A stretch of 32,199 nucleotides of DNA from Armatimonadota bacterium (GCA_043786835.1 JAYVVR010000202.1:1-32199); one strand, 5' to 3'; shown: positions 7,762 to 14,886, counted from the first letter of the stretch. A program made the numbers and translations. Notes: generated from the letters alone by a model not told the origin.

Positions 7762-7990
7762 ATGCGTCTTCATTATTATCAAGCCACAGACTCGCTTTAC
7801 ATTGACCTCAGCTGTGGTTTTTGACTACGATGAGGCAGGCCATGTTTGCGGGATTGATATTGACTATGCCAGCCAAAAGCGCGACCTAGCGCATCTTTCC
7901 GAAGGCTTGGAGACCTACCTTTTGAGCGAGTCAGCATTGGCAAAAGATTGGCTCAGCCCGGAAGAAGATGAAGCATGGAAAGATTTATAA
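7762..7990 (+). pseudogene. Disrupted DUF2283-like ORF (frameshift/deletion) with an antitoxin-like C-terminal tail
   Basis: ATG 7762 gives 'MRLHYYQATDSLYIDLSCGF' then TGA 7822-7824. A different frame (from GTG 7814) continues 'VVFDYDEAGHVCGIDIDYASQKRDL'. Together these are the two conserved halves of DUF2283 (ayY....D.lyI.l ... v.lDyd..G.vvGIei..as). The linking segment is missing and out of frame. Confidence 0.45.
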
Positions 7991-8003
7991 GAGAAGGGAT
8001 AGC

Positions 8004-8327
8004 ATGACAGTCAGATCACAAGCAAGACCAAAAGCGAAAGCGGAGAATGCTCACACTACTGCCACAGCAGGGCCGACCTTGCAGGACCGCATTGATGCCA
8101 TGATGACGACGGCCGTCAAGAACGCACCACCGTCTTTGTTCGTCGAAGAGCAGCGCAAAAAGAATCAGGCAGCAATTGAGATGCTTGATCAATGGGATGA
8201 AGAAGACAAAACCGATGTCCCCGAGGAGATGGCTCGGCGAGTGGCGGAGTGGCAGGAGTTTAAGAAAGGCATGAACGAAAACTCCTTGTCCGGGCGGATT
8301 ATCTACCCGGCTGAGGATTATCCATGA
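8004..8327 (+). CDS. Hypothetical small acidic protein, possibly an orphan antitoxin-like protein
   Basis: ATG 8004 has AAGGGA 5 nt upstream; the listed 7968 start would overlap the previous ORF. The C-terminus 'EWQEFKKGMNENSLSGRIIYP' resembles tails of small antitoxin-type proteins I recall next to PIN toxins. Weak call. Confidence 0.45.
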   Translation: MTVRSQARPKAKAENAHTTATAGPTLQDRIDAMMTTAVKNAPPSLFVEEQRKKNQAAIEMLDQWDEEDKTDVPEEMARRVAEWQEFKKGMNENSLSGRIIYPAEDYP

Positions 8328-8359
8328 CCTATGCGCTGTTTTTTGCTGGGATTTCTGTG
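8324..8359 (+). repeat. Diverged duplicate of the crtYc 5' end (direct repeat with 9083-9117), readable as a 17-codon remnant ORF 8324-8377
   Basis: ATGACCTATGCGCTGTTTTTTGCTGGGATTTCTGTG versus ATGACTTACGCCCTGTTTTTGCTGGTGTTTTTGTG gives 29 of 36 aligned positions by hand. The first six codons (MTYALF) are identical in protein, with three synonymous third-position changes. Confidence 0.75.
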
Positions 8360-8373
8360 AAAGGAGCATTGAA

Positions 8374-8646
8374 ATGACACTCATGCTGGAATTGGAACCG
8401 GAAGTCGAGACGCGGCTTCGCAGGAAGGCGGAGCGGGCGGGGCAGAGTCTCCCAGATTATCTCATTGCAGTGGCCGAGGCTGACGTGGAAGAAGCTGAAG
8501 ATGAGGATGCGAATGGCTCGGCGGCAGATCTTTTCGCAGGCCGAATTGGGTTATTTCAAAGCGGCGGCGACGGTGAATGGTCTCAGGATACTGGGCGTAA
8601 GTTCGCCGAAGGAATGGCGGAGAAGCGCCGGCAGGGGCATTTATGA
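8374..8646 (+). CDS. vapB: Type II antitoxin, ribbon-helix-helix-like (VapB-type partner of the PIN toxin)
   Basis: 90 aa. N-terminus 'LELEPEVETRLRRKAERAGQSLPDYLIAVAE' is RHH-like, followed by an acidic tail. AAAGGAG lies upstream, and the stop overlaps the PIN gene start (ATGA at 8643). Confidence 0.7.
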   Translation: MTLMLELEPEVETRLRRKAERAGQSLPDYLIAVAEADVEEAEDEDANGSAADLFAGRIGLFQSGGDGEWSQDTGRKFAEGMAEKRRQGHL

Positions 8647-9086
8647 GCAGGAAGCAGCGCGGAATGACGGCAAACGTAACTTTAACGGATACTGGGCCGC
8701 TTGTCGCTCTGTTCGACACGGACGACAAGCTTCATATTCAAGCGCGGCAGGCGCTTTCCGCGCTGCCGAAGACACCTCTGCTGATGACTTGGCCTTGCCT
8801 CACGGAGACGATGTATCTCCTGTACCAGTCCATCGGCTATGCCGCACAGGAAGAACTTTGGGGCTGGGTTGAGGATGGCTTGCTTCAGCTTCACATTCCG
8901 GGCAGCAGCGAGTGGCCCCGGATGCGTGAACTGATGGCGCAATACAAAGATGCGCCGATGGACATGGCAGATGCGTCTCTTGTTGCAGCGGCAGAAGAAC
9001 TTTCGCTGACGCGCGTTTTCACATTTGATCGGCACTTTTACGCTTACCGCCTGACGAACGGGGATGTACTGGAAGTCATTCAATGA
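8643..9086 (+). CDS. vapC: PIN-domain ribonuclease toxin VapC
   Basis: The PIN acidic residues are in their usual contexts: 'LTDTGPLVAL', 'LTETMYL', 'MDMADASLVAAAE' and 'TFDRHF'. 147 aa; an alternative ATG is at 8664. Confidence 0.85.
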   Translation: MSRKQRGMTANVTLTDTGPLVALFDTDDKLHIQARQALSALPKTPLLMTWPCLTETMYLLYQSIGYAAQEELWGWVEDGLLQLHIPGSSEWPRMRELMAQYKDAPMDMADASLVAAAEELSLTRVFTFDRHFYAYRLTNGDVLEVIQ

Positions 9087-9412
9087 CTTACGCCCTGTTT
9101 TTGCTGGTGTTTTTGTGTGTGCCGATTGCGGCCCTGCTGCTTGTCCTGCGCGGGAAGATCAACGCCCGGTATCTGGTCGCCTGCGCTCTAGTTTGCCTCT
9201 TAGCGTTTGTTTATACGTCGCCGTGGGATAATTATGCGGCGAAGACGAAGCTATGGACCTATGACCCGACGTTTGCGCCGCCGAGCCATTTTGTGCTGTA
9301 TCTGCCGTGGGAAGAATATGCATTTTATTTCGCGCAGGGCATTTTGATGTGTCTTTTGGTGGTCGTGCTGGCGAGGTATCTGCGCCCGAAAACAGGCCGG
9401 AGCGAACTGTGA
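9083..9412 (+). CDS. crtYc: Lycopene cyclase domain protein, heterodimeric CrtYc-type subunit
   Basis: 109 aa with three TM helices. Motifs 'SPWDNYAA...LWTY' and 'LPWEEYAFYF' are typical of the lycopene cyclase domain family. Confidence 0.75.
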   Translation: MTYALFLLVFLCVPIAALLLVLRGKINARYLVACALVCLLAFVYTSPWDNYAAKTKLWTYDPTFAPPSHFVLYLPWEEYAFYFAQGILMCLLVVVLARYLRPKTGRSEL

Positions 9413-9768
9413 AGCCGTGGACATATCTGAGTTATGAGCTGTGGTGGGCGCTGCCGGTGATTGCGCTGCAATGGGCGGCTGCCGGGCGGGAGCTATGGCG
9501 CTGGCGTCGACTGCTGGTCGTCTCGGTGGTGCTGGCAACAGCCTACTTAGGAGCCTGTGATGCGTTTGCGCTGGGTCACGGGATTTGGAGCGTTGATCCA
9601 AACCGCGTGGTCGGGGTGTACGCCGGGCCGCTGCCGCTGGAAGAGTTAGTCTTTTATTTTGTGACGAACATTATGGCCGCGCAGGGGTTTGTCCTGATCG
9701 CCGGGTTCTTACGGGAGCGGAGAACCCGCCCCACTGCAAGCAGCGACCCTCCCGAAACGGGAGGATGA
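9409..9768 (+). CDS. crtYd: Lycopene cyclase domain protein, heterodimeric CrtYd-type subunit
   Basis: GTG 9409 overlaps the crtYc stop (GTGA). 'CDAFALGHGIWS' and 'PLPLEELVFYFVTN' mirror the motifs of the first subunit. The listed 9307 start lies inside crtYc. Confidence 0.7.
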   Translation: MKPWTYLSYELWWALPVIALQWAAAGRELWRWRRLLVVSVVLATAYLGACDAFALGHGIWSVDPNRVVGVYAGPLPLEELVFYFVTNIMAAQGFVLIAGFLRERRTRPTASSDPPETGG

Positions 9769-9864
9769 AGAGTTTTAGGTCAGCATTGTAATTATTGAAC
9801 TCTTCGTCCTCCCATTTTGGGAGGACCCTTGCGGAACGAGGAACGAATGAAGCAAGAAGGTGGG
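9745..9864. repeat. Inverted pair of CCTCCC/GGGAGG hairpin repeats (copy E 9745-9774 reverse, copy B 9800-9864 forward); terminator/switch-like structure
   Basis: Local hairpins are cctcccg-aaa-cgggagg (9748-9764) and gtcctccca-ttt-tgggaggac (9806-9826). Alternatively, 9759-9774 pairs with 9798-9813 (16 bp, one G-U) and is followed by ATTTT. Confidence 0.75.
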
Positions 9865-10791
9865 TTTTTGGTACCATCAGCTATTGAAACGTCGCACCTG
9901 CGGAAAGACTACGGCGGGACACTGGGGCGCGGGGCGTTTACCGCCGTGCAGGACCTGTCATTTTCGGTGCCGCGCGGGCAAGTCTTCGGCTTTCTTGGGC
10001 CAAACGGAGCAGGCAAGACGACGACAATCAACATGCTGCTCGGCAATATCGCGCCGACATCGGGGTCGGCAACGCTGCTCGGACGACCGCTTGGCGATTT
10101 AGAGGCACGGGCGCGGCTCGGGTTCCTGCCGGAGAAGTTTCAGTTCCATGACTTTCTGACAGCGGAAGAGTTTTTGGACCTGCACGGGCGGCTTTACGGC
10201 ATGGGACCCAAAGCAAGGGCGAAGCGCATCCCCGAAGTCTTAGACCAGGTGAAGTTGTATGACCGGCGCAAAAGCAAGCTGTCAGAGTTCTCAAAGGGTA
10301 TGCAGCAGCGGGCGGGTCTGGCCCAGGCTATTCTCAACGACCCCGAGTTAGTGATCCTGGATGAGCCGACGTCTGCGCTTGACCCGCTTGGACGCCGGGA
10401 AGTGCGGGAGATTGTGGCAGGACTGAAAGAGCGCGGCAAGACGGTTCTCTTGAACTCGCATCTGCTGGGCGAGATTGAGATGACTTGCGATCAAGTGGCG
10501 ATTTTGAAGAAGGGTGAAGTCATCCGGGTTGGGGCGATGGACGATTTGTTAGCGGCCCCGGCGACTGTTGAAATGCGGGTGCAGAACATCTCCCCTGCCC
10601 TGCTTCGTGCGTTGGAAAGCTTGGCGCGGACCATAACCGTAGACGGCGAAGAGATTGCCATTGGCATCGGCGACGAAGCCATTATTCCCGAACTCGCCGC
10701 TGTGGTTGTTGGACATGGGGGACGCCTTCTATCGCTCATCCCGAAGCGCGAGTCGCTGGAGGATTTGTTTATCCGCGTAGTTGAGGCATAG
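9847..10791 (+). CDS. ABC transporter ATP-binding protein (ABC-2 exporter type)
   Basis: Walker A 'GPNGAGKTT', signature 'FSKGMQQRAGLA', Walker B 'LVILDEPTSALD' and H-loop 'NSH'. ATG 9847 has GAGGA 4 nt upstream and is preferred over the TTG at 9817, which lies inside the repeat hairpin. Confidence 0.9.
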   Translation: MKQEGGFLVPSAIETSHLRKDYGGTLGRGAFTAVQDLSFSVPRGQVFGFLGPNGAGKTTTINMLLGNIAPTSGSATLLGRPLGDLEARARLGFLPEKFQFHDFLTAEEFLDLHGRLYGMGPKARAKRIPEVLDQVKLYDRRKSKLSEFSKGMQQRAGLAQAILNDPELVILDEPTSALDPLGRREVREIVAGLKERGKTVLLNSHLLGEIEMTCDQVAILKKGEVIRVGAMDDLLAAPATVEMRVQNISPALLRALESLARTITVDGEEIAIGIGDEAIIPELAAVVVGHGGRLLSLIPKRESLEDLFIRVVEA

Positions 10792-10810
10792 GAACAAAGA
10801 AGGCGAACAC

Positions 10811-10849
10811 GATGAGAGAGGGCGAACCTTATGTTCGCCCTCTCTCATC
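10811..10849. repeat. Perfect 17-bp hairpin (copy D of the GGGCGAAC..GTTCGCCC palindromic element) between the ABC ATPase and permease genes
   Basis: gatgagagagggcgaac (10811-10827), loop cttat, gttcgccctctctcatc (10833-10849). There is no following T-run. The core recurs at 14887-14907. Confidence 0.85.
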
Positions 10850-10872
10850 TATAACGAGTTAGGTTACACATA

Positions 10873-11763
10873 TTGCTGAATGGAATTTGGGTGCTGGCTG
10901 GGCTGACCGTGCGGGAAGCCATTCGGCGGCGGGTGTTTCTTGCGGGGCTGGTAATCGCCGCACTCTATGTCGGCTTTTCGTTTCTGCCGCTTCATATCAA
11001 GCCCGGCTTCTTTATCGGCCTGGACATTGAGACGGCGAAAAACAACACGGGGCGCATCTTTGCCTGGCTTGGGTGCGGGACGATCAAGTTCTTCGGGGCA
11101 ATTTTGGCAGTGGCCCTATCTGCCGGGGCAATCACAGCAGAGGTAGATAGGGGTGTTCTGTCGGTGATTGTGCCGAAGCCGATTCCCCGCGTGGCTGTTT
11201 ATCTCGGAAAGTGGCTCGGGATTGTTTTCTTGCTGGCAGTGTGTGTTGCGGTCTGGGGGGGACTGCTAGTGCTCGGTATCTGGAAGCAGACGGGGACTTA
11301 TCACCCACGCATTTGGGAAGGCATTCTCGCGGCGGGCCTTTTTCCCCTCTTGTTCACGACGCTGACGCTGTGCTTTTCGACATTTGCCGGGTATGCCCTG
11401 TCGTCAAGCCTTGCGCTGATTGCCGCAGGCGTGGCGCTTGCGGAAGACCTTCTGCATAATCTTTCGCTGCCGACACGGCTGGACGTGCCGCTTCTGGACA
11501 CGCTGAGTAAAATTGCCGGCTATATCGTTCCGCTTGGTCGTATGAACCACTGGATTACGCATGGTCTCGCGGCCACCGGTTTCACCGGCCCGGCCCCACC
11601 GGAAAGCGCGGGGCTTGATCTCAGTTTGATTGCGGCCGCAGGAGACCCGACACAGGCAGCCGCCACTGCAGCGACTTCGCAGGGCGATCTCGTCTATATT
11701 CTCCTGTATATGGCGTTCTTCTTTGGCCTCGGTCTTCTTTTATTTCAGCGGCGCGACTTGTAA
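10873..11763 (+). CDS. ABC-2 type transporter permease
   Basis: 296 aa with six or so hydrophobic helices, immediately downstream of the ATPase. The TTG start at 10873 is uncertain. Confidence 0.7.
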   Translation: MLNGIWVLAGLTVREAIRRRVFLAGLVIAALYVGFSFLPLHIKPGFFIGLDIETAKNNTGRIFAWLGCGTIKFFGAILAVALSAGAITAEVDRGVLSVIVPKPIPRVAVYLGKWLGIVFLLAVCVAVWGGLLVLGIWKQTGTYHPRIWEGILAAGLFPLLFTTLTLCFSTFAGYALSSSLALIAAGVALAEDLLHNLSLPTRLDVPLLDTLSKIAGYIVPLGRMNHWITHGLAATGFTGPAPPESAGLDLSLIAAAGDPTQAAATAATSQGDLVYILLYMAFFFGLGLLLFQRRDL

Positions 11764-11765
11764 CA

Positions 11766-11798
11766 AAACCGCCCGGCACTTTCAGCGCCGGGCGGTTT
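11766..11798. terminator. Bidirectional intrinsic terminator
   Basis: Stem accgcccggc / gccgggcggt (10 bp GC-rich), extended by AAA on the left and TTT on the right. It lies directly after the permease stop (11761-11763). Confidence 0.8.
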
Positions 11799-11929
11799 AT
11801 CAAGAAGCTACTTTTTTGGCGGCGCGGCGGGTGCGGGCGTCAGGGAGACCGGCTTGTCGGTCTCTTTTTTCTTCTTTAGCGGCTTTCGTTTGTCACCCAT
11901 TTGACTTACTTTTCTTTCTGCCTCTTCGG

Positions 11930-12451
11930 CTAACTTGTCGCGAACTTATGCGACTTTGACTTTTCGGCAGTTGATTTCTCGATGAGCGAAAATACCGGAG
12001 CGCTCGGCTGCTTCGGCGGCAGGCGCTTTGCAGTCCCAAGGCCGAAGCGCTCTTCCAGTCCCAAACGGCACACAAGCGAAAAGACAGGACCATCTTCGGT
12101 AACCTGGAACGACACCGGGCGCTGCACAGACATCTCGCGCTGGATCTTCAGCAGGCGGGTCAAAAGAGCGTCATCCAAAGCACTGATCCCACGCAGGTCA
12201 AGCACCAAAGGGAGCAGTGACGAAGGCAATTCGCGCAGAGTAACGACCAGCCGCTCGGTGGCGGCAGGATCGAATGCACCATGGAGGACGAAACACTCGG
12301 ACGATGTAGTTCTCGCAGGGCGCTCGCGTACCAGTAAGGTAGAATGATCGCCGCTGTGTATGTCAAGGTGACTGACAAATGTCGTCCGAGCCAGGCGGCG
12401 CGAAGGGGACGGCGAAAACAGCGGCGAGGAGGAAGACACTAGTGGAGACAT
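11930..12451 (-). CDS. STAS-domain protein (anti-sigma-factor-antagonist-like)
   Basis: 'LVLDLRGISALDDALLTRLLKI' resembles the STAS core (lDLs.v.fiDssgl..L). A Ser/Pro-rich N-terminus is present. Moderate confidence in the family. Confidence 0.5.
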   Translation of the reverse strand: MSPLVSSSSPLFSPSPSRRLARTTFVSHLDIHSGDHSTLLVRERPARTTSSECFVLHGAFDPAATERLVVTLRELPSSLLPLVLDLRGISALDDALLTRLLKIQREMSVQRPVSFQVTEDGPVFSLVCRLGLEERFGLGTAKRLPPKQPSAPVFSLIEKSTAEKSKSHKFATS

Positions 12452-12572
12452 TAGTCAGCCAGCCTTTCTCGCGTACCCGGCTACGTAGAGTTTGATGGGA
12501 GGTGTCAGTCCGGGCAGACACCAGAGGCAGGCGTCGAAGAAACGGCGTTGCTAGGGTTCGATCTGCCCCTTT

Positions 12573-12581
12573 ATTATACCA
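12573..12581 (-). promoter_or_regulatory. Candidate extended -10 element (TGGTATAAT, minus strand) upstream of the STAS gene
   Basis: Plus-strand attatacca at 12573-12581 is the reverse complement of TGGTATAAT. It would give a leader of about 115 nt. Confidence 0.3.
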
Positions 12582-12605
12582 TAAACGACGCCGGATAAAC
12601 CCAGA

Positions 12606-14756
12606 CTAAAACGGATGCACGAGCTTCAAGGTGATTTTGCTGCGCGTTTTCGGCGAGTTCGGGTCCCCAAACAGCAAAAAGATATCCGTGCCGGCCCGGA
12701 CCTGCTGGCTGTACGAAAAATAAAGATCGGTGCCGACACCCACCCCCTGGTCCGCCCCACCCTGAGAAACTAGCCGCCCGCCGAGAGACTGGACATCACT
12801 GAGACGATACGTGCCAGTCAAAATCGTTTGATTGGACGAGATCGGACCGAGTTTCAGCAAGCTGTAGTTAAGCTGAAGCGTGAACGGACGAGACACGAAA
12901 AAGCTCTGCGCCAGCATTAGAAAATTGTAAGGCCGGCCGGCCTGACGTCCGAACACCCCTTCTAAATTGCCCTGCTGATACAGCGTTCTCTTGTTCCATC
13001 CAAATGAGAGATCGCCGATATGGTCGTGGAACTGATCCCGCTGGGACTGGTCTATCGACGCCGAAACCCGGTAGCCGGCCCGGCTCTGGACAAACGCAAA
13101 AACATTCAGATCGTTGTGAAAAAACCCGCCCGAGTGGTGCTGGTAGGCATTGGCACTCACCGAAACATCATAGCGCTCAATCGTGCCTTTGTCAAACTGA
13201 TTGTACTGGTTCAGGCTGAGATAAGAGCCGCGCAGATCGGTTTCCGGGACATAACCAAGCGAGCTGACAAAGCTGCCGCCGATGTCGCTGTACGCCATGT
13301 CGAGACTGGTCTTGCCGAACGGCACGTTGGTCGAAAACTCAAGCTGGTCGTCGCCGCCCGAAGGGCTGCCTTGAAGCGCCGACTGGGTGTGAAACCCGCT
13401 CAGCGTGTACCGGGTCAGGCCCCGGCGCAGGCCGTACGAGCCGAAGAGACGCCCGACCTGGTTTCCCGGCTGCCCTGGCACATGGTTGTCGGTAACGGCA
13501 ACGCCCGCCTGCGAGTACAGACCGATGTCCTTTGTCAAATTAAGTGCGAGACTATCCTGCGGGTTTGTGCCGCTGGTATTGCTGCCAAGGAGGCCGACGG
13601 CGAGATCCCCCTGCTTGCCGGCGGCTTTTATCCCCTGATCTACCGCCCCAATCCGGCGCGAGTAAAACAGATCGCTTGCCGGCAGGAAGCCCGCCCCTTC
13701 GGCAAAGAACGGCCGGTAATCGGTCAGCAGCTTCTCGTTGTACGAAAAGCTGATATTGGTCACGTCCTGCTGGATCGTCTGGAAATCCGGGTAGACCGTG
13801 CCGACACCCGTCAAAGTCGTTGACAGCGGATATTTGATGTCCAGCCCGACCCGCCCGGAGTTGCCTGCGCCACCGGTTACCAGCGTATACGGCAGAAAAG
13901 TCGGGCGCGGTGTGTAGAACGGCGGCGCGAAGCCCGTAAACTCATCCAAATACTGCGGCTCGGTGGAGTTGTCCACGCCTGCCGGCGGCATATACGGCCA
14001 GCCCTGCAAGTTCGTTTCCCGCCCAAGCTGACGATACAAAACCATGCCGAACGCGCTTGCGCCCCGCGAGTAACGCAGCAGGGCAAACGGGATCGCCATT
14101 TCGCAGTTCCAGCCGCGTTTAGTCCGACGAACTGCCGCTCTCCAGTCGCCGGCCCAGGTGATATTGTCGGCGGTTCCACCTTCAAGCTGCTCGGCCTGGG
14201 TGCCACGCGCACTGACAAAGAATGACGAAAAGCCGCGCCGGTTGTTCTGGCTGTCAATGTCGAGGCCGACATAATCATCATGGTAGATGTTGCCGTTGCG
14301 CCGGGTTTCCCCCGCTTTGATCAGCTCCGGGTGGTCGTCTAAACACCGAAATGCTAGATAGAGGTGCGTCTTGTCCGCACAGATCCACGCCTGGGTCTGC
14401 TCCGCCGGCGGGGCGGCATGACCGCCGCCGTAGCGGAAAAAGCCGGCGGCTTTGGTGGCCGTCTTCCAGCAGGGATCGTTTATTTTACCGTCCATTACAG
14501 GCGGCTGGGTGCAGGGGGCGACCGTGAAGCTCTGCCGGGACCAGGCTGCCGGGTCAGCCGGCACAAGAACCGGCGAGTCGCCAAATTCGTCTTCGGTCAG
14601 CGCCTGCGAAGCCCCCCCCTGCACGGCAGGCGAGGTCGTCGCCACCTGCGGCACAGGCTTTGTCGGAACCAGGTTCGCGGTCGGCACTGCCGCCGTTCCC
14701 GGCACAATCGCTGGAATGAACAAGAGCAGGAAAATCAGCAGAAAAAAACGGCGCAT
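12606..14756 (-). CDS. CBM9-like / DUF5916-like secreted protein, probable outer-membrane beta-barrel
   Basis: Start taken at ATG 14756 ('MRRFFLLIFLLLFIPAIVPGTAA' signal peptide) rather than 14984. 'MDGKINDPCWKTA...THLYLAFRCLD', 'HDDYVGLDID' and 'GWNCEMAIPFALLRY' match my memory of the CBM9-like N-domain of DUF5916 proteins. A long beta-rich region ends '...LKLVHPF'. Confidence 0.7.
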   Translation of the reverse strand: MRRFFLLIFLLLFIPAIVPGTAAVPTANLVPTKPVPQVATTSPAVQGGASQALTEDEFGDSPVLVPADPAAWSRQSFTVAPCTQPPVMDGKINDPCWKTATKAAGFFRYGGGHAAPPAEQTQAWICADKTHLYLAFRCLDDHPELIKAGETRRNGNIYHDDYVGLDIDSQNNRRGFSSFFVSARGTQAEQLEGGTADNITWAGDWRAAVRRTKRGWNCEMAIPFALLRYSRGASAFGMVLYRQLGRETNLQGWPYMPPAGVDNSTEPQYLDEFTGFAPPFYTPRPTFLPYTLVTGGAGNSGRVGLDIKYPLSTTLTGVGTVYPDFQTIQQDVTNISFSYNEKLLTDYRPFFAEGAGFLPASDLFYSRRIGAVDQGIKAAGKQGDLAVGLLGSNTSGTNPQDSLALNLTKDIGLYSQAGVAVTDNHVPGQPGNQVGRLFGSYGLRRGLTRYTLSGFHTQSALQGSPSGGDDQLEFSTNVPFGKTSLDMAYSDIGGSFVSSLGYVPETDLRGSYLSLNQYNQFDKGTIERYDVSVSANAYQHHSGGFFHNDLNVFAFVQSRAGYRVSASIDQSQRDQFHDHIGDLSFGWNKRTLYQQGNLEGVFGRQAGRPYNFLMLAQSFFVSRPFTLQLNYSLLKLGPISSNQTILTGTYRLSDVQSLGGRLVSQGGADQGVGVGTDLYFSYSQQVRAGTDIFLLFGDPNSPKTRSKITLKLVHPF

Positions 14757-14886
14757 CAATCGGCAGCAACCCTTCGCGAGACGAGCAAGGAGAAAAAATA
14801 GGGGGGGAAGCTTAAAGTCCCAATACAGTGTAGCATAGGACGGGGCAAAATGCGATGGAAATACACGAAGGCGATTGTCTGCAAAT

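Noticed and set aside
9817-9846. TTG 9817 as the ABC ATPase start
   Set aside because: The TTG lies inside the repeat hairpin and adds ten residues not seen at ABC ATPase N-termini. ATG 9847 with a GAGGA SD fits better.
12553-12572. gggttcgatc, a T-loop-like sequence suggesting a tRNA
   Set aside because: I could not build a T-stem (the flanks do not pair), an acceptor stem or an anticodon arm around it. I found no tRNA.
13020-13823. 267-aa plus-strand ORF
   Set aside because: It is antisense to the DUF5916-like gene and Arg/Ala/Gly-rich with no motifs, which marks it as a high-GC shadow ORF.
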